NCBI GenBank assembly: GCA_965208435.1
Contig: OZ242337.1
Span: forward strand, 384,998-448,997
DNA from: Candidatus Aldehydirespiratoraceae bacterium
Lineage (GTDB): Bacteria; Actinomycetota; Acidimicrobiia; Acidimicrobiales; Aldehydirespiratoraceae
Direction: 5' to 3'
Length of the DNA stretch: 64,000 nucleotides
Shown: positions 11,936 to 20,625 of the stretch, one piece after another
Position numbering within the stretch: the first letter of the stretch is position 1
Layout of the letters: each line of letters starts with the position of its first letter
Program-made: the position numbers and the translations under genes
Notes under the pieces: model-generated
Told to the model about the DNA's origin: nothing
Seen by the model: the letters and a program-made list of their open reading frames with translations, nothing else
The model's database searches: none

Positions 11936-13947
11936 GACGCCACCCCGGCTCCACGGCGAGTGTCGGCGCCGTTGAGCGCCTCGCTGCCGCGCGGCCGCTG
12001 CGCCAGTACCACCGGCACGGCCCCGCCCCCGGTCAGGTCGACTCCGGTCCCCTGGCTGCCCCCCGCGGGAGGCGAGGCCGACGCCACGACATGTTCGATT
12101 CCGTAGCCCGTGCAAGCGCCGCAGTCGTAACAGGGTGTCCAACGGCAGTCTTCCAAGCCCAGTTCATTGAGGGAGTCGCGCCAGTCCTGCCACAGGAAGT
12201 CCTTGTGCAGCCCCGCTGAGAGGTGGTCCCACGCAAGCACCTCGTCCTCGGTCCGGTGACGGTGGACGTACCAGTCGACATCGCAGCCGTTGACTGCCAT
12301 GGCCTCGAGCCAGAGATCGTAGTTGAAGTGCTCCGACCACTCCTGGAACGTGCCGCCCCTGCGCCAGACATACTCGATCACAGGACCCAGGCGGCGGTCC
12401 CCACGACTGGTGATGCCCTCTGCGAGGGTTGCCTTGGGGTCGTGCCATTTGAGTTGCACGCCCCGGGTCCGTCGCAGATCATCACGCAGCAACCCGATCT
12501 TGCGCGACAACTCAGTCACAGTGTTCTGGCCGAACCACTGGAACGGCGTGAACGGCTTGGGCACGAAACCGCCCACCGAGACCGTCACCGACGGTGAGGA
12601 GTGGTGACTGCGGCCGAGCGCCACACAGTTTCGGGCGAGTTCGGCGATACCGAGCGTGTCCTGGTCAGTCTCGGTCGGAAGTCCAGTCAGAAAATACAGT
12701 TTCATCCGCCGCCAACCCTGGCTGTAGGCGCTCTCGACCGCTCCGTAAAGGTCCTCCTCCCGAATGAGTTTGTTGATGACCTGACGCATCCGCCAAGAAC
12801 CCGCCTCGGGCGCGAACGTCAAACCGGTGCGGCGAGCCCGCTGGATCTGAGCAGCGATGCCGACCGTGAACGCGTCCACCCTCAGACTCGGCAGCGCAAC
12901 ACTCACCTGGTCGCACCCGGCGTCGCTGACCGTCTCGCCGATCACCTGCTCGATACCGCTGAAATCCGCGGTCGAGAGCGACGTCAGCGCAACTTCGTCG
13001 TATCCCGTGCGGGTCAGACCGTCGGTGATCATGGCGCGAACCTGCTCGGCAGGACGCTCCCGGACAGGCCGAGTGATCATCCCCGCCTGACAGAACCGAC
13101 AACCCCTGGTGCAACCCCTGAAAACCTCCACCGAAAGCCGGTCGTGCACGACCTCTGTCAAGGGTACGAGCTGCTTGGAGGGATAGGGCCAGTCACCGAG
13201 GTCGGCGACCGTGCGCTTCTCCACGGTGGCCGGGACGTCGCCGTAGCGGGGCGTGACCTCGGCGATGAACCCGCCGGAGTACGCCACCTGATACATCGAG
13301 GGGACATAGACCCCTGCGATCTTCGACATCTCCCTCAGCAGCGGACTGCGGGAGCCGCCAGGAAGCCCCGTTCGCTTCGAGCCGCACAGCCGCTTCCAGC
13401 TGCGCAGCAATTCTGTGATCTCGCCGACGACCTCCTCGCCGTCGCCGAGCACCACGAAGTCGACGAAGTCGGCGATCGGTTCGGGGTTGTATGTGCAGTG
13501 CCCGCCCACACCGATCAACGGATCGTCGTCTGTGCGTGAATCCGAGTGGATCGGAACCCCCGCAAGATCGATGCAGTTGAGCAGGTTCGTGTAGGTCAGT
13601 TCGGCGCTGAGGTTGAACGCAATGACGTCGAAATCGCCTGCGGGGCGATGCGTGTCGACCGAGAACAGCGGCAACCGGTCACGCCGCAGCAGGGCTTCAA
13701 GGTCGGTCCAAGGCGAATAGGCACGTTCGGCCGCGGCGTCGTCACGCTCATTGAGAATCTCATAGAGGATCTGCAGACCCTGGTTGGGCAACCCGATCTC
13801 GTAGGTGTCGGGGTAGGTCAGCAACCAGCTGACGATGCCGGGACCATGAGTTGGCGTCTGCGCGCCCTGCTCGCAGCCGATGTAGCGCGCCGGCTTCTGT
13901 ACCTGCGGAAGCAGGTTCTCAAGACGGGGCCAAAGCGACGCGGACAC
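11932..13947 (-). CDS. Radical SAM protein (TIGR03960-like, B12-binding-domain type)
   Basis: 671 aa; CxxxCxxC cluster motif in FRGCTRGCRFCQAGM; N-terminus QKPARYIGCEQG is typical of this family. Confidence 0.85.
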   Translation of the reverse strand: MSASLWPRLENLLPQVQKPARYIGCEQGAQTPTHGPGIVSWLLTYPDTYEIGLPNQGLQILYEILNERDDAAAERAYSPWTDLEALLRRDRLPLFSVDTHRPAGDFDVIAFNLSAELTYTNLLNCIDLAGVPIHSDSRTDDDPLIGVGGHCTYNPEPIADFVDFVVLGDGEEVVGEITELLRSWKRLCGSKRTGLPGGSRSPLLREMSKIAGVYVPSMYQVAYSGGFIAEVTPRYGDVPATVEKRTVADLGDWPYPSKQLVPLTEVVHDRLSVEVFRGCTRGCRFCQAGMITRPVRERPAEQVRAMITDGLTRTGYDEVALTSLSTADFSGIEQVIGETVSDAGCDQVSVALPSLRVDAFTVGIAAQIQRARRTGLTFAPEAGSWRMRQVINKLIREEDLYGAVESAYSQGWRRMKLYFLTGLPTETDQDTLGIAELARNCVALGRSHHSSPSVTVSVGGFVPKPFTPFQWFGQNTVTELSRKIGLLRDDLRRTRGVQLKWHDPKATLAEGITSRGDRRLGPVIEYVWRRGGTFQEWSEHFNYDLWLEAMAVNGCDVDWYVHRHRTEDEVLAWDHLSAGLHKDFLWQDWRDSLNELGLEDCRWTPCYDCGACTGYGIEHVVASASPPAGGSQGTGVDLTGGGAVPVVLAQRPRGSEALNGADTRRGAGVAS

Positions 13948-13977
13948 TCATTGAGGCTACCCGCCCGCTGTGTCTAA

Positions 13978-14049
13978 CTACGCTCTGCTGTCCACGCTCC
14001 GCCTCAGCTACGCTCTGCTGTCCGCCGCTCCGCCTCAGCTACGCTCTGC
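13978..14049. repeat. Tandem 30/31-bp repeat (about 2.4 units) overlapping the rodA stop
   Basis: CTACGCTCTGCTGTCC(A/GC)CGCTCCGCCTCAG at 13978-14007 and 14008-14038, partial unit at 14039-14049. The last unit contains the final rodA codons and its stop. Confidence 0.85.
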
Positions 14050-15219
14050 AAAATCGAAACGGCGGCGGTAGACGCCCATCACCAGACCGAGCGCCACCAT
14101 CGACGTGAGCATGGACGACCCGCCGTAGGAGACCAGCGGGAGCGGAATCCCAGTCACCGGCATCATCCCCATGGTCATACCGGCGCTCTGGAAGGCCTGA
14201 AACAGGAACATCGCCATGACCCCGATGGTCAACAACCGGTCGAACGAGTCGGTCGCGCGCACCGCGATCCGCCAGATCCTAAACAGCATCAGCGCATACA
14301 GCGCCAGCAACAGGCCCGCCCCTCGGAAACCCAGCTCCTCGCCGGCCACCGAGAAGATGAAGTCAGTCTGCTGCTCCGGAACAAGGTTCGAACGGGTCTG
14401 CGAACCCTGGAACAGGCCCTGGCCGAACAGTCCCCCGTTGCCGATGGCGATCTGGGACTGCTCGACGTTGAACGCCGCGCGCGCCGCCTCCGGGCCCAGC
14501 GCAATCAGCTCGTCCTGATCGAGGACGAATACCTGGAGCCGGTCCTCCTGAAACTTCGCAAGCACGTCGGACTGGAAGATCACCACCACGACGGCAACCG
14601 CGATCACGGCCAGACCGGCAATGAACCGCAGCTTGACCCCGCTCATGGCGATCATCGCCGCGACGATGACGACGTAGATGAGGATCGTTCCCACATCGGG
14701 CTGTCGCAGGATCAGAAAGACCGGCAGACCCGCGAGGCCCAAGGCCAGCAGCAGCCGCTTCGCCCGCACCTCCTCGACCGACAGGGCCGCCGCGAGAACA
14801 AGAATAAGTATCACCTTGCCCGGCTCCGACGGCTGGAAACTGAACCCAGCGAAGCTGTACCAGGCACGTATTCCCCTCACGTTCTCGCCGAACAGCAGCA
14901 GACCGCCGAGCAACAGGAGGAGTCCGACGTAGGCCGCGGGAGTCCAGGCCCGAATGGAGCGGATGCTGAGATGAGCCACGAACACCGTGACGATCAGCCC
15001 CAGAACCGCGAAAGCGACCTGACGTTCGAGGTACGAATAGTCGGGCGGTTCGAGCGGTGTCGCCGGGCCGCGCGTGGCGGAGAACACAAGCACCGCCCCC
15101 ATCGCAGTGATCAGCAGCACCGTGATGATGAGTACCGGGTCCAGGACGAACCACCAGCGCTGATCGTCGTCCTCGGCGAGAGGGGGAGGACGAGAGGTGA
15201 ACGTACCGGGGGCCGTCAC
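14035..15219 (-). CDS. rodA: Rod shape-determining protein RodA (FtsW/RodA/SpoVE family)
   Basis: 394 aa polytopic protein with C-terminal GIPLPLVSYGGSSML; sits in the mreBCD-pbp2-rodA cluster. Confidence 0.9.
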   Translation of the reverse strand: MTAPGTFTSRPPPLAEDDDQRWWFVLDPVLIITVLLITAMGAVLVFSATRGPATPLEPPDYSYLERQVAFAVLGLIVTVFVAHLSIRSIRAWTPAAYVGLLLLLGGLLLFGENVRGIRAWYSFAGFSFQPSEPGKVILILVLAAALSVEEVRAKRLLLALGLAGLPVFLILRQPDVGTILIYVVIVAAMIAMSGVKLRFIAGLAVIAVAVVVVIFQSDVLAKFQEDRLQVFVLDQDELIALGPEAARAAFNVEQSQIAIGNGGLFGQGLFQGSQTRSNLVPEQQTDFIFSVAGEELGFRGAGLLLALYALMLFRIWRIAVRATDSFDRLLTIGVMAMFLFQAFQSAGMTMGMMPVTGIPLPLVSYGGSSMLTSMVALGLVMGVYRRRFDFAERS

Positions 15220-17345
15220 TGCGTCACCCCGCTGACCGAAACCGTCTCCTGCAGTTCGGCATCGCGCGCCGCGAGCAGAGCCTCGATACGAGCCACCTGC
15301 TCAAGTTCCTTCTCATCGAGCGTCAACGCCCGCGGCATGTTGTTGCGTGCTATGGGCTCAAGTATCGCAGCCGCGACCGGCGCAGCGGCGACGCTGCCGA
15401 ATCCACTCTCCTCCATCACCACCGCGATGGCGATCTCCGGGGGCCCGTCCACGTCGACGCCGGCCTCGGGAAAATCGTTGGGGCCCCAAGCCACGAAGAG
15501 ACTCGTGTCCGCCTTGCCGTCAACCTCAGCGGTGCCGGTCTTCCCGGCCACCGGCCACTCGTCGATAGGGAACGTCCCGCCCTGGAAGGCACTGGCAGCA
15601 GTGCCTCGGACCCTGCCGAATCTGGGAACCCCCAACAACCCCCGGATGATCGGCCCGGTCACCTCAGGTCCCAAGTCGAGTTCCTTCAACACCCTCGGGC
15701 CGAACTCGATTGTCGAATCGCCCTGCGGACTCGTGATCCTCAGAGCGACATTGGGTTGATGGAGAATGCCACCGTTGGCGAACGTGGCGTAAGTGTTGGC
15801 GAGTTGGATCGGCGTCACCAACACGTCACCCTGGCCGATCGACAACAGGATGGTGTCGCCGGCGAACCACTGATCCCCGTCCCGGATGAAGACACCCTGG
15901 GAGAACTTCAGATCGAAGTAGTCGCGGTCCGGCACCACGCCGGAACGCTCGTAGGGAAGCTGCACGCCGGTGGTGCCTCCGAGCCCCAGAAGCCTCGCGG
16001 TCGTCTGAATCCCCTCGTCGCCCTGCGGCCCACGCTCACGGGTGAAGAACCCCTCACCGGCAAGTCGATAGAAATAGACGTCGCTCGACACAGTCAGCGC
16101 GTCGGAGAGGTCGACGTGGCGCGAGCCCACGAACGGACTGTCGAACGCGCAGGTCCCCTCCAGTTCGGTTCCGGTCTCGCAGAACGGGTAGATGTAGCTC
16201 CCCTCGTCGTCCACGAACTCGTCGGTCCCGCCGTAGAGCCCGTCGATCACCCCATGCTGGACCGCCGCCACAGAAGTGACCAGCTTCCAGGTGGAACCCG
16301 GAGCGTAGGAACCCTGGATGGCCCGGTTCAGAATCGGCCAGTAGTTGTCGTCGGAAGTCAGCAGATTGAACTCCTCGGTAGAGATTCCAGTGGCGAACTG
16401 CGACGGGTCGTAGGTCGGAAACGATGCCATCGCCAGCACGTCGCCATTCTGGGGATTGCTCGCAACCACAGATCCGGCCGGGGCCAGGACGTCCGGCTCG
16501 TCCGACTCGAGGCGGGTCTTGAGCAGTCCCAGTGCGAGCTGCTCCTCAGCGCGGGCCTGCAGGTCGATGTCGATCGTCAGCCACACATCGTTGCCGGACC
16601 TGGGAGTGACACCGGGATGCTCTCGAATGACCTCGCCCACATTGTTGACCTCCAACCAGCGAACACCGGGAACGCCCCGCAGTTCGAGCTCGAAGATCCT
16701 CTCGATGCCGGTCTTCCCGATCTGGCTGTTCAGCTGATAGGTCTTGGCGTCGGTCGCGTCGGGATCGAGGTTGGCGTTCGCCTGTTCCTGCTCCGCTCTG
16801 GTGACGGGACCCACGTAACCCAGAAGGTGCGCGGCGAGCGTGCCGTAGGGGTAGACGCGGATGGTGCGCTGCTCCACACGGACGCCGGGAAACTGGTCCA
16901 GACGCTCCCCGAGATACACCATGAGCTTGGAGTTGACGTCGACCGCAATCGGAATCCGGTCGAACGGCCCGTAGCGGGGATCAGCGACCTCAGCGGCGAT
17001 CGTCGACACCTTGGTCAGCTGGCCGGAGCGGCTGATCGCCAGAGCGAGCCTGCGGAAGACCTCGAGAGCCTCCGCCTCATCAAGGGTCTCGAGAACCTTG
17101 CGGTCGAAGGTCACGACCTGTACGACCTTGTTGTCGACAAGGACACGACCGTTGCGATCAAGGATCCGGCCCCTCGGCGCCTCCTCGTACACCGGTTCAA
17201 GCACGTTCGAAAGAGCTTCATCGCTCAACACCTCGTGCTCGATTCCCTGGAGGAACCACAGCCGGGCCACGAGTGCACCGAAGAGGATCAGGGCCACGAA
17301 CGCGAAGATCCGGAGTCGCAGCTTCAACTGGTCGTCGACAGCCAT
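15216..17345 (-). CDS. mrdA: Penicillin-binding protein 2 (elongasome transpeptidase)
   Basis: 709 aa; N-terminal TM helix, transpeptidase motifs (SYAPGSTWK = SxxK, KTGTAE = KTG); 4-nt overlap with rodA. Confidence 0.9.
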   Translation of the reverse strand: MAVDDQLKLRLRIFAFVALILFGALVARLWFLQGIEHEVLSDEALSNVLEPVYEEAPRGRILDRNGRVLVDNKVVQVVTFDRKVLETLDEAEALEVFRRLALAISRSGQLTKVSTIAAEVADPRYGPFDRIPIAVDVNSKLMVYLGERLDQFPGVRVEQRTIRVYPYGTLAAHLLGYVGPVTRAEQEQANANLDPDATDAKTYQLNSQIGKTGIERIFELELRGVPGVRWLEVNNVGEVIREHPGVTPRSGNDVWLTIDIDLQARAEEQLALGLLKTRLESDEPDVLAPAGSVVASNPQNGDVLAMASFPTYDPSQFATGISTEEFNLLTSDDNYWPILNRAIQGSYAPGSTWKLVTSVAAVQHGVIDGLYGGTDEFVDDEGSYIYPFCETGTELEGTCAFDSPFVGSRHVDLSDALTVSSDVYFYRLAGEGFFTRERGPQGDEGIQTTARLLGLGGTTGVQLPYERSGVVPDRDYFDLKFSQGVFIRDGDQWFAGDTILLSIGQGDVLVTPIQLANTYATFANGGILHQPNVALRITSPQGDSTIEFGPRVLKELDLGPEVTGPIIRGLLGVPRFGRVRGTAASAFQGGTFPIDEWPVAGKTGTAEVDGKADTSLFVAWGPNDFPEAGVDVDGPPEIAIAVVMEESGFGSVAAAPVAAAILEPIARNNMPRALTLDEKELEQVARIEALLAARDAELQETVSVSGVTQ

Positions 17346-17349
17346 CGTC

Positions 17350-17871
17350 TCAACCCGAAGAGACCATCGAACGGCTCGCTCCGCCGAATCCCGACTGGGC
17401 TCCGATGGACCAGGCCAAGACGGGCCGTGTCAACGGCGCCGCCACCGCATTCACGAGCCCGGCGATCAACCCGACGCGCAGCATCTCCACCTCGACGAGG
17501 CCGCGTTGTCCCATGACCTCCCCCAACAGGGCATAACCGGCGACCGCCGCGAAAGTCCCGACCCCAGCTATCGCGGCCAACTGCAACTTCGAGTCTCGAA
17601 ACAGTTCCGCTCCACTGGCCGCGACCGCGAAGGCCACCATGGCGAAGACGATCGCCGAGAGGCCCAGAGGAGTGGGAAGGTAGACGTCCCAGAAAAGTCC
17701 AATCACGAACGCCGCGGTCGGTCCACGCTGCGGCCCGAACCAGTAGCCGAACATCACCGCGAGAAGAACGAGCAACTCCGGAGAAACCCCCGAGATCCTA
17801 ACATCAGCAAACACCGTGACCTGCACAACCACCGCCACAAGCATCAGTGCGCCCAGCCTCAACGGGATCAT
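17350..17871 (-). CDS. mreD: Rod shape-determining protein MreD
   Basis: 173 aa multi-TM protein located between mreC and pbp2. Confidence 0.75.
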   Translation of the reverse strand: MIPLRLGALMLVAVVVQVTVFADVRISGVSPELLVLLAVMFGYWFGPQRGPTAAFVIGLFWDVYLPTPLGLSAIVFAMVAFAVAASGAELFRDSKLQLAAIAGVGTFAAVAGYALLGEVMGQRGLVEVEMLRVGLIAGLVNAVAAPLTRPVLAWSIGAQSGFGGASRSMVSSG

Positions 17872-18824
17872 TGGCTCACCTCACCAGCGCCGCCCTCTTC
17901 GGGGGGATCGAGAAGGTCCGGGTCGAGATCGAGGGGCACGCTGGTGCTCGGCACGACGTCCACCAGCGGAGGATCCTCGCGTTGCTCAGTAATGAGGACC
18001 GACACGAATGCCAGATCCTCGACGTCGTTCGCCATCTCCACGAGGACTTCCAGAGCCAACTCGTCCGCGGCGGGGCGAACCTCGACGACCCGTCCGATGG
18101 GAACGTCGGCGGTGTAGCGCGAGTCGTTGTCGGTCACGACCGCGGAACCGATCTCCGGCAACAGTGCTGTGTCGGTGATCTTGGGCCAGTTCGGCCCCTG
18201 GTTGATGATGAACATCCCAGGTTCCCCCGGGACCGCATGACCAAGACCCACATCGTCGGTGGAGACCAGCCGTACTCCGACGAGCAGGCCCGGATCACTC
18301 AGCAACTGGACCGTGGAGGTCACCCCGTCAACCCGCTCGACACGGCCCACGAGCCCCGCTCCGGTAACGACTGTCATACCCTCGGTCAGACCGTGGCGGT
18401 GTCCCTTGTTGATCGTGACGACATCGCTGGCAAAGTTGCCGACCGGTCCCCGCTCGACGCGGGCTGTGACGGTCGCGACGTCTGCGGCGTAGGGCAGGTC
18501 CAGCGACTCCAGGAGTTGCTGATAGGCGCTGCTGTCGGCCTCGGCCTGGATCGCGGCGCCGCGCATCGCATCGAGTTCCTGCTGCAGAGCCGCGTTCTCC
18601 GCTTCAAGGTCGTCGTACTCGAACAGAGAGTTCCAGATGTCACCAACGGGTGAGAAGATCGTGGTGGCCAACGAGTTGACAGGATGGAGGAGGTCTCGAA
18701 CGAAGCCCTGCGCGGCCCGCGCCGACTCGAATCCCCGCAGATCGAGGGTCAACAGAGTGATGGCGACGAGCGTGAGAAGGATCAGACGGTGACGAACCCG
18801 CCCCGTCCGCTGAGCCAGCGCCAT
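17868..18824 (-). CDS. mreC: Rod shape-determining protein MreC
   Basis: 318 aa; N-terminal TM, coiled-coil ENAALQQELDAMR, then a beta-rich domain; position immediately after mreB. Confidence 0.9.
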   Translation of the reverse strand: MALAQRTGRVRHRLILLTLVAITLLTLDLRGFESARAAQGFVRDLLHPVNSLATTIFSPVGDIWNSLFEYDDLEAENAALQQELDAMRGAAIQAEADSSAYQQLLESLDLPYAADVATVTARVERGPVGNFASDVVTINKGHRHGLTEGMTVVTGAGLVGRVERVDGVTSTVQLLSDPGLLVGVRLVSTDDVGLGHAVPGEPGMFIINQGPNWPKITDTALLPEIGSAVVTDNDSRYTADVPIGRVVEVRPAADELALEVLVEMANDVEDLAFVSVLITEQREDPPLVDVVPSTSVPLDLDPDLLDPPEEGGAGEVSQ

Positions 18825-18839
18825 GAAACCGCCTTGCGG

Positions 18840-19901
18840 TTACAGCTCGCCGGAGCTGAAAACTACGTCCCTCAGGGCCTCGAACTCCTCAAGAACTTGA
18901 CCTGACCCGACAGCAACGGCATAAAGGGGTTGGCGGGCGATCCGAACCGGCATCCCCGTCTCGTCAGCCAGCCGCTGGTCGATGTTGCGCAACAGGACTC
19001 CCCCACCCGCCAGAGTGATGCCACGGTCCATGATGTCCGCCGCAAGGTCGGGCGGGGTCTGGTCGAGGGTCGACTTGACAGCGTCGCAGACAGCGACGAT
19101 CGGCTCCTCGAGCGCACCGCGAATGTCTTGAGTGCTCACGACGATGCTGCGGGGCAGGCCGGTCACGAGGTCTCGTCCGCGGACCTCTGCGCACAACTCC
19201 TTCTTGAGCGGTGCAGCCGAACCGATCTGAACCTTCACTTCCTCAGCGGTCCGCTCACCGAGCGCAAGACCGTGCTCCTTCTTGACGTGCTGGGCGATCG
19301 CATCATCGAGCTCGTCGCCGCCGACACGGACCGATTGACTCGCCACGACACCGCCGAGGGAGATGACCGCGACCTCGGTGGTCCCACCACCGATATCGAC
19401 GATCATGTTGCCCGTCGGCTCCTGAACAGGAAGGCCGGCGCCGATCGCTGCAGCCATGGGCTCTTCGATTATGTAGGCCGGTTTGCTTGCGCCCGCGTAC
19501 TCCGCTGCCTCCTGCACGGCGCGTTGTTCGACACCGGTGATTCCCGAAGGAACCGCGATCACCATTCGCGGCCGAGCCCACCTGCGCTGATGAACCTTGC
19601 GGATGAAGTAACGGAGCATCTTCTCGCAGATCTCGAAGTCTGCGATGACACCGTCCTTGAGCGGGCGGATGGCCTGAATATTGGCGGGGGTGCGTCCGAT
19701 CATCCGTTTCGCTTCAAACCCGACAGCCAAAGGCCGGTTGTCGGTGGTGTCGATGGCGACCACAGACGGTTCGTCCAACACGACGCCTTCGCCCCGCACA
19801 TACACCAGCGTGTTGGCGGTGCCGAGGTCGACTGCCATGTCACGTCCCATAGCAGCCCGCAGACCACCACCCAACATGCTCTTGAATGAGTCTGCAGCCA
19901 T
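18840..19901 (-). CDS. mreB: Rod shape-determining protein MreB
   Basis: GRDMAVDLGTANTLVYV and DIGGGTTEVAVISLGG actin-fold motifs. I prefer ATG 19901 (MAADSFKSMLGG...) over the ORF-track start 20009; the start is uncertain. Confidence 0.93.
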   Translation of the reverse strand: MAADSFKSMLGGGLRAAMGRDMAVDLGTANTLVYVRGEGVVLDEPSVVAIDTTDNRPLAVGFEAKRMIGRTPANIQAIRPLKDGVIADFEICEKMLRYFIRKVHQRRWARPRMVIAVPSGITGVEQRAVQEAAEYAGASKPAYIIEEPMAAAIGAGLPVQEPTGNMIVDIGGGTTEVAVISLGGVVASQSVRVGGDELDDAIAQHVKKEHGLALGERTAEEVKVQIGSAAPLKKELCAEVRGRDLVTGLPRSIVVSTQDIRGALEEPIVAVCDAVKSTLDQTPPDLAADIMDRGITLAGGGVLLRNIDQRLADETGMPVRIARQPLYAVAVGSGQVLEEFEALRDVVFSSGEL

Positions 19902-20026
19902 TAGCTCGTTGCCTCGTTCCGGTATCCGAAGTTGGCCCGGGAGAGCCCAGCACGCACGGTGCTGTTCCCCCGCGCCCCAGTGTACGCAGAAATGCCGACC
20001 CGATGCCAAGAATCGATTGCACGCGG

Positions 20027-20069
20027 CCCATTGTGAGCGGACAGCCCACTGTGAGCGGACAGCACAGTG
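20027..20069. repeat. Tandem 2 x 18 bp repeat plus 7-bp inverted repeat between ndk and mreB
   Basis: CCCATTGTGAGCGGACAG (20027-20044) and CCCACTGTGAGCGGACAG (20045-20062). CACTGTG (20047-20053) pairs with CACAGTG (20063-20069). Confidence 0.8.
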
Positions 20070-20107
20070 CGGTCAACGGAACCGATCAGTAGTGGCACCA
20101 TCTTGGA

Positions 20108-20524
20108 TCAGCCTCGGCTCAGGTCCGGGAAGAAGATCGCAATCTCGCGTTCCGCGGACTCACCGGAGTCGCTCCCGTGAATCAGATTCTCTGTGAACTG
20201 GTTGCCGAGGTCTCCACGGATCGTTCCCGGGTCCGCCGCCAGCGGATCGGTCGCTCCGATCATCTGGCGAGCCACACGCCACGTCTCAGGCACGCCTTCG
20301 ACGACCGCTGCCAACACCGGACCCCGGCTCATGAACGCGACCAAGTCGTTGTAGAACGGTTTGCCCTGATGCTCTGCATAGTGGCGGGCGAGGGTCTCCT
20401 CGCCGAGGACCCGGAGCTCCGCCGCCGCCAGCTTCAGCCCCTTGCGCTCGAAGCGCCCGAGTATCTCGCCCACCAGACCGCGTTCCACCGCGTCCGGTTT
20501 GCAGATGATGAGAGTTCGGTCCAT
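20108..20524 (-). CDS. ndk: Nucleoside diphosphate kinase
   Basis: 138 aa; RTLIICKPDAVERGLVGEILGRFERKGLKL and NLIHGSDS. Confidence 0.97.
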   Translation of the reverse strand: MDRTLIICKPDAVERGLVGEILGRFERKGLKLAAAELRVLGEETLARHYAEHQGKPFYNDLVAFMSRGPVLAAVVEGVPETWRVARQMIGATDPLAADPGTIRGDLGNQFTENLIHGSDSGESAEREIAIFFPDLSRG

Positions 20525-20544
20525 GCGCTGGAAGGCTATCCCTT

Positions 20545-20610
20545 CGATTCAAAACGGCACCGCGATTCGAAACGTCACCGCGATTTCATAACGTCACCAC
20601 GCGGGTGACG
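20545..20610. repeat. Tandem 3 x 18 bp repeat followed by a 7-bp stem hairpin, directly upstream of ndk
   Basis: CGATTCAAAACGGCACCG, CGATTCGAAACGTCACCG and CGATTTCATAACGTCACC at 20545-20598. CGTCACC (20592-20598) pairs with GGTGACG (20604-20610). Confidence 0.8.
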
Positions 20611-20625
20611 CGGGCTTGGTCTCGG

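Noticed and set aside
11936-12142. Long N-terminal extension of the DUF2344-like ORF
   Set aside because: Overlaps the radical SAM gene and is Arg/Gly-rich. The conserved family N-terminus MRVRICF starts at 11935 with an ATGA overlap.
15756-17516. 586-aa + strand ORF
   Set aside because: Antisense to PBP2 (clear SxxK/KTG motifs on the minus strand) and has no recognisable motifs of its own.
20031-20044. TGTGAGCGGACAG resembling the E. coli lac operator half-site TGTGAGCGGATAACA
   Set aside because: Similarity is short and there is no LacI-family gene nearby. Treated only as part of the 18-bp tandem repeat.
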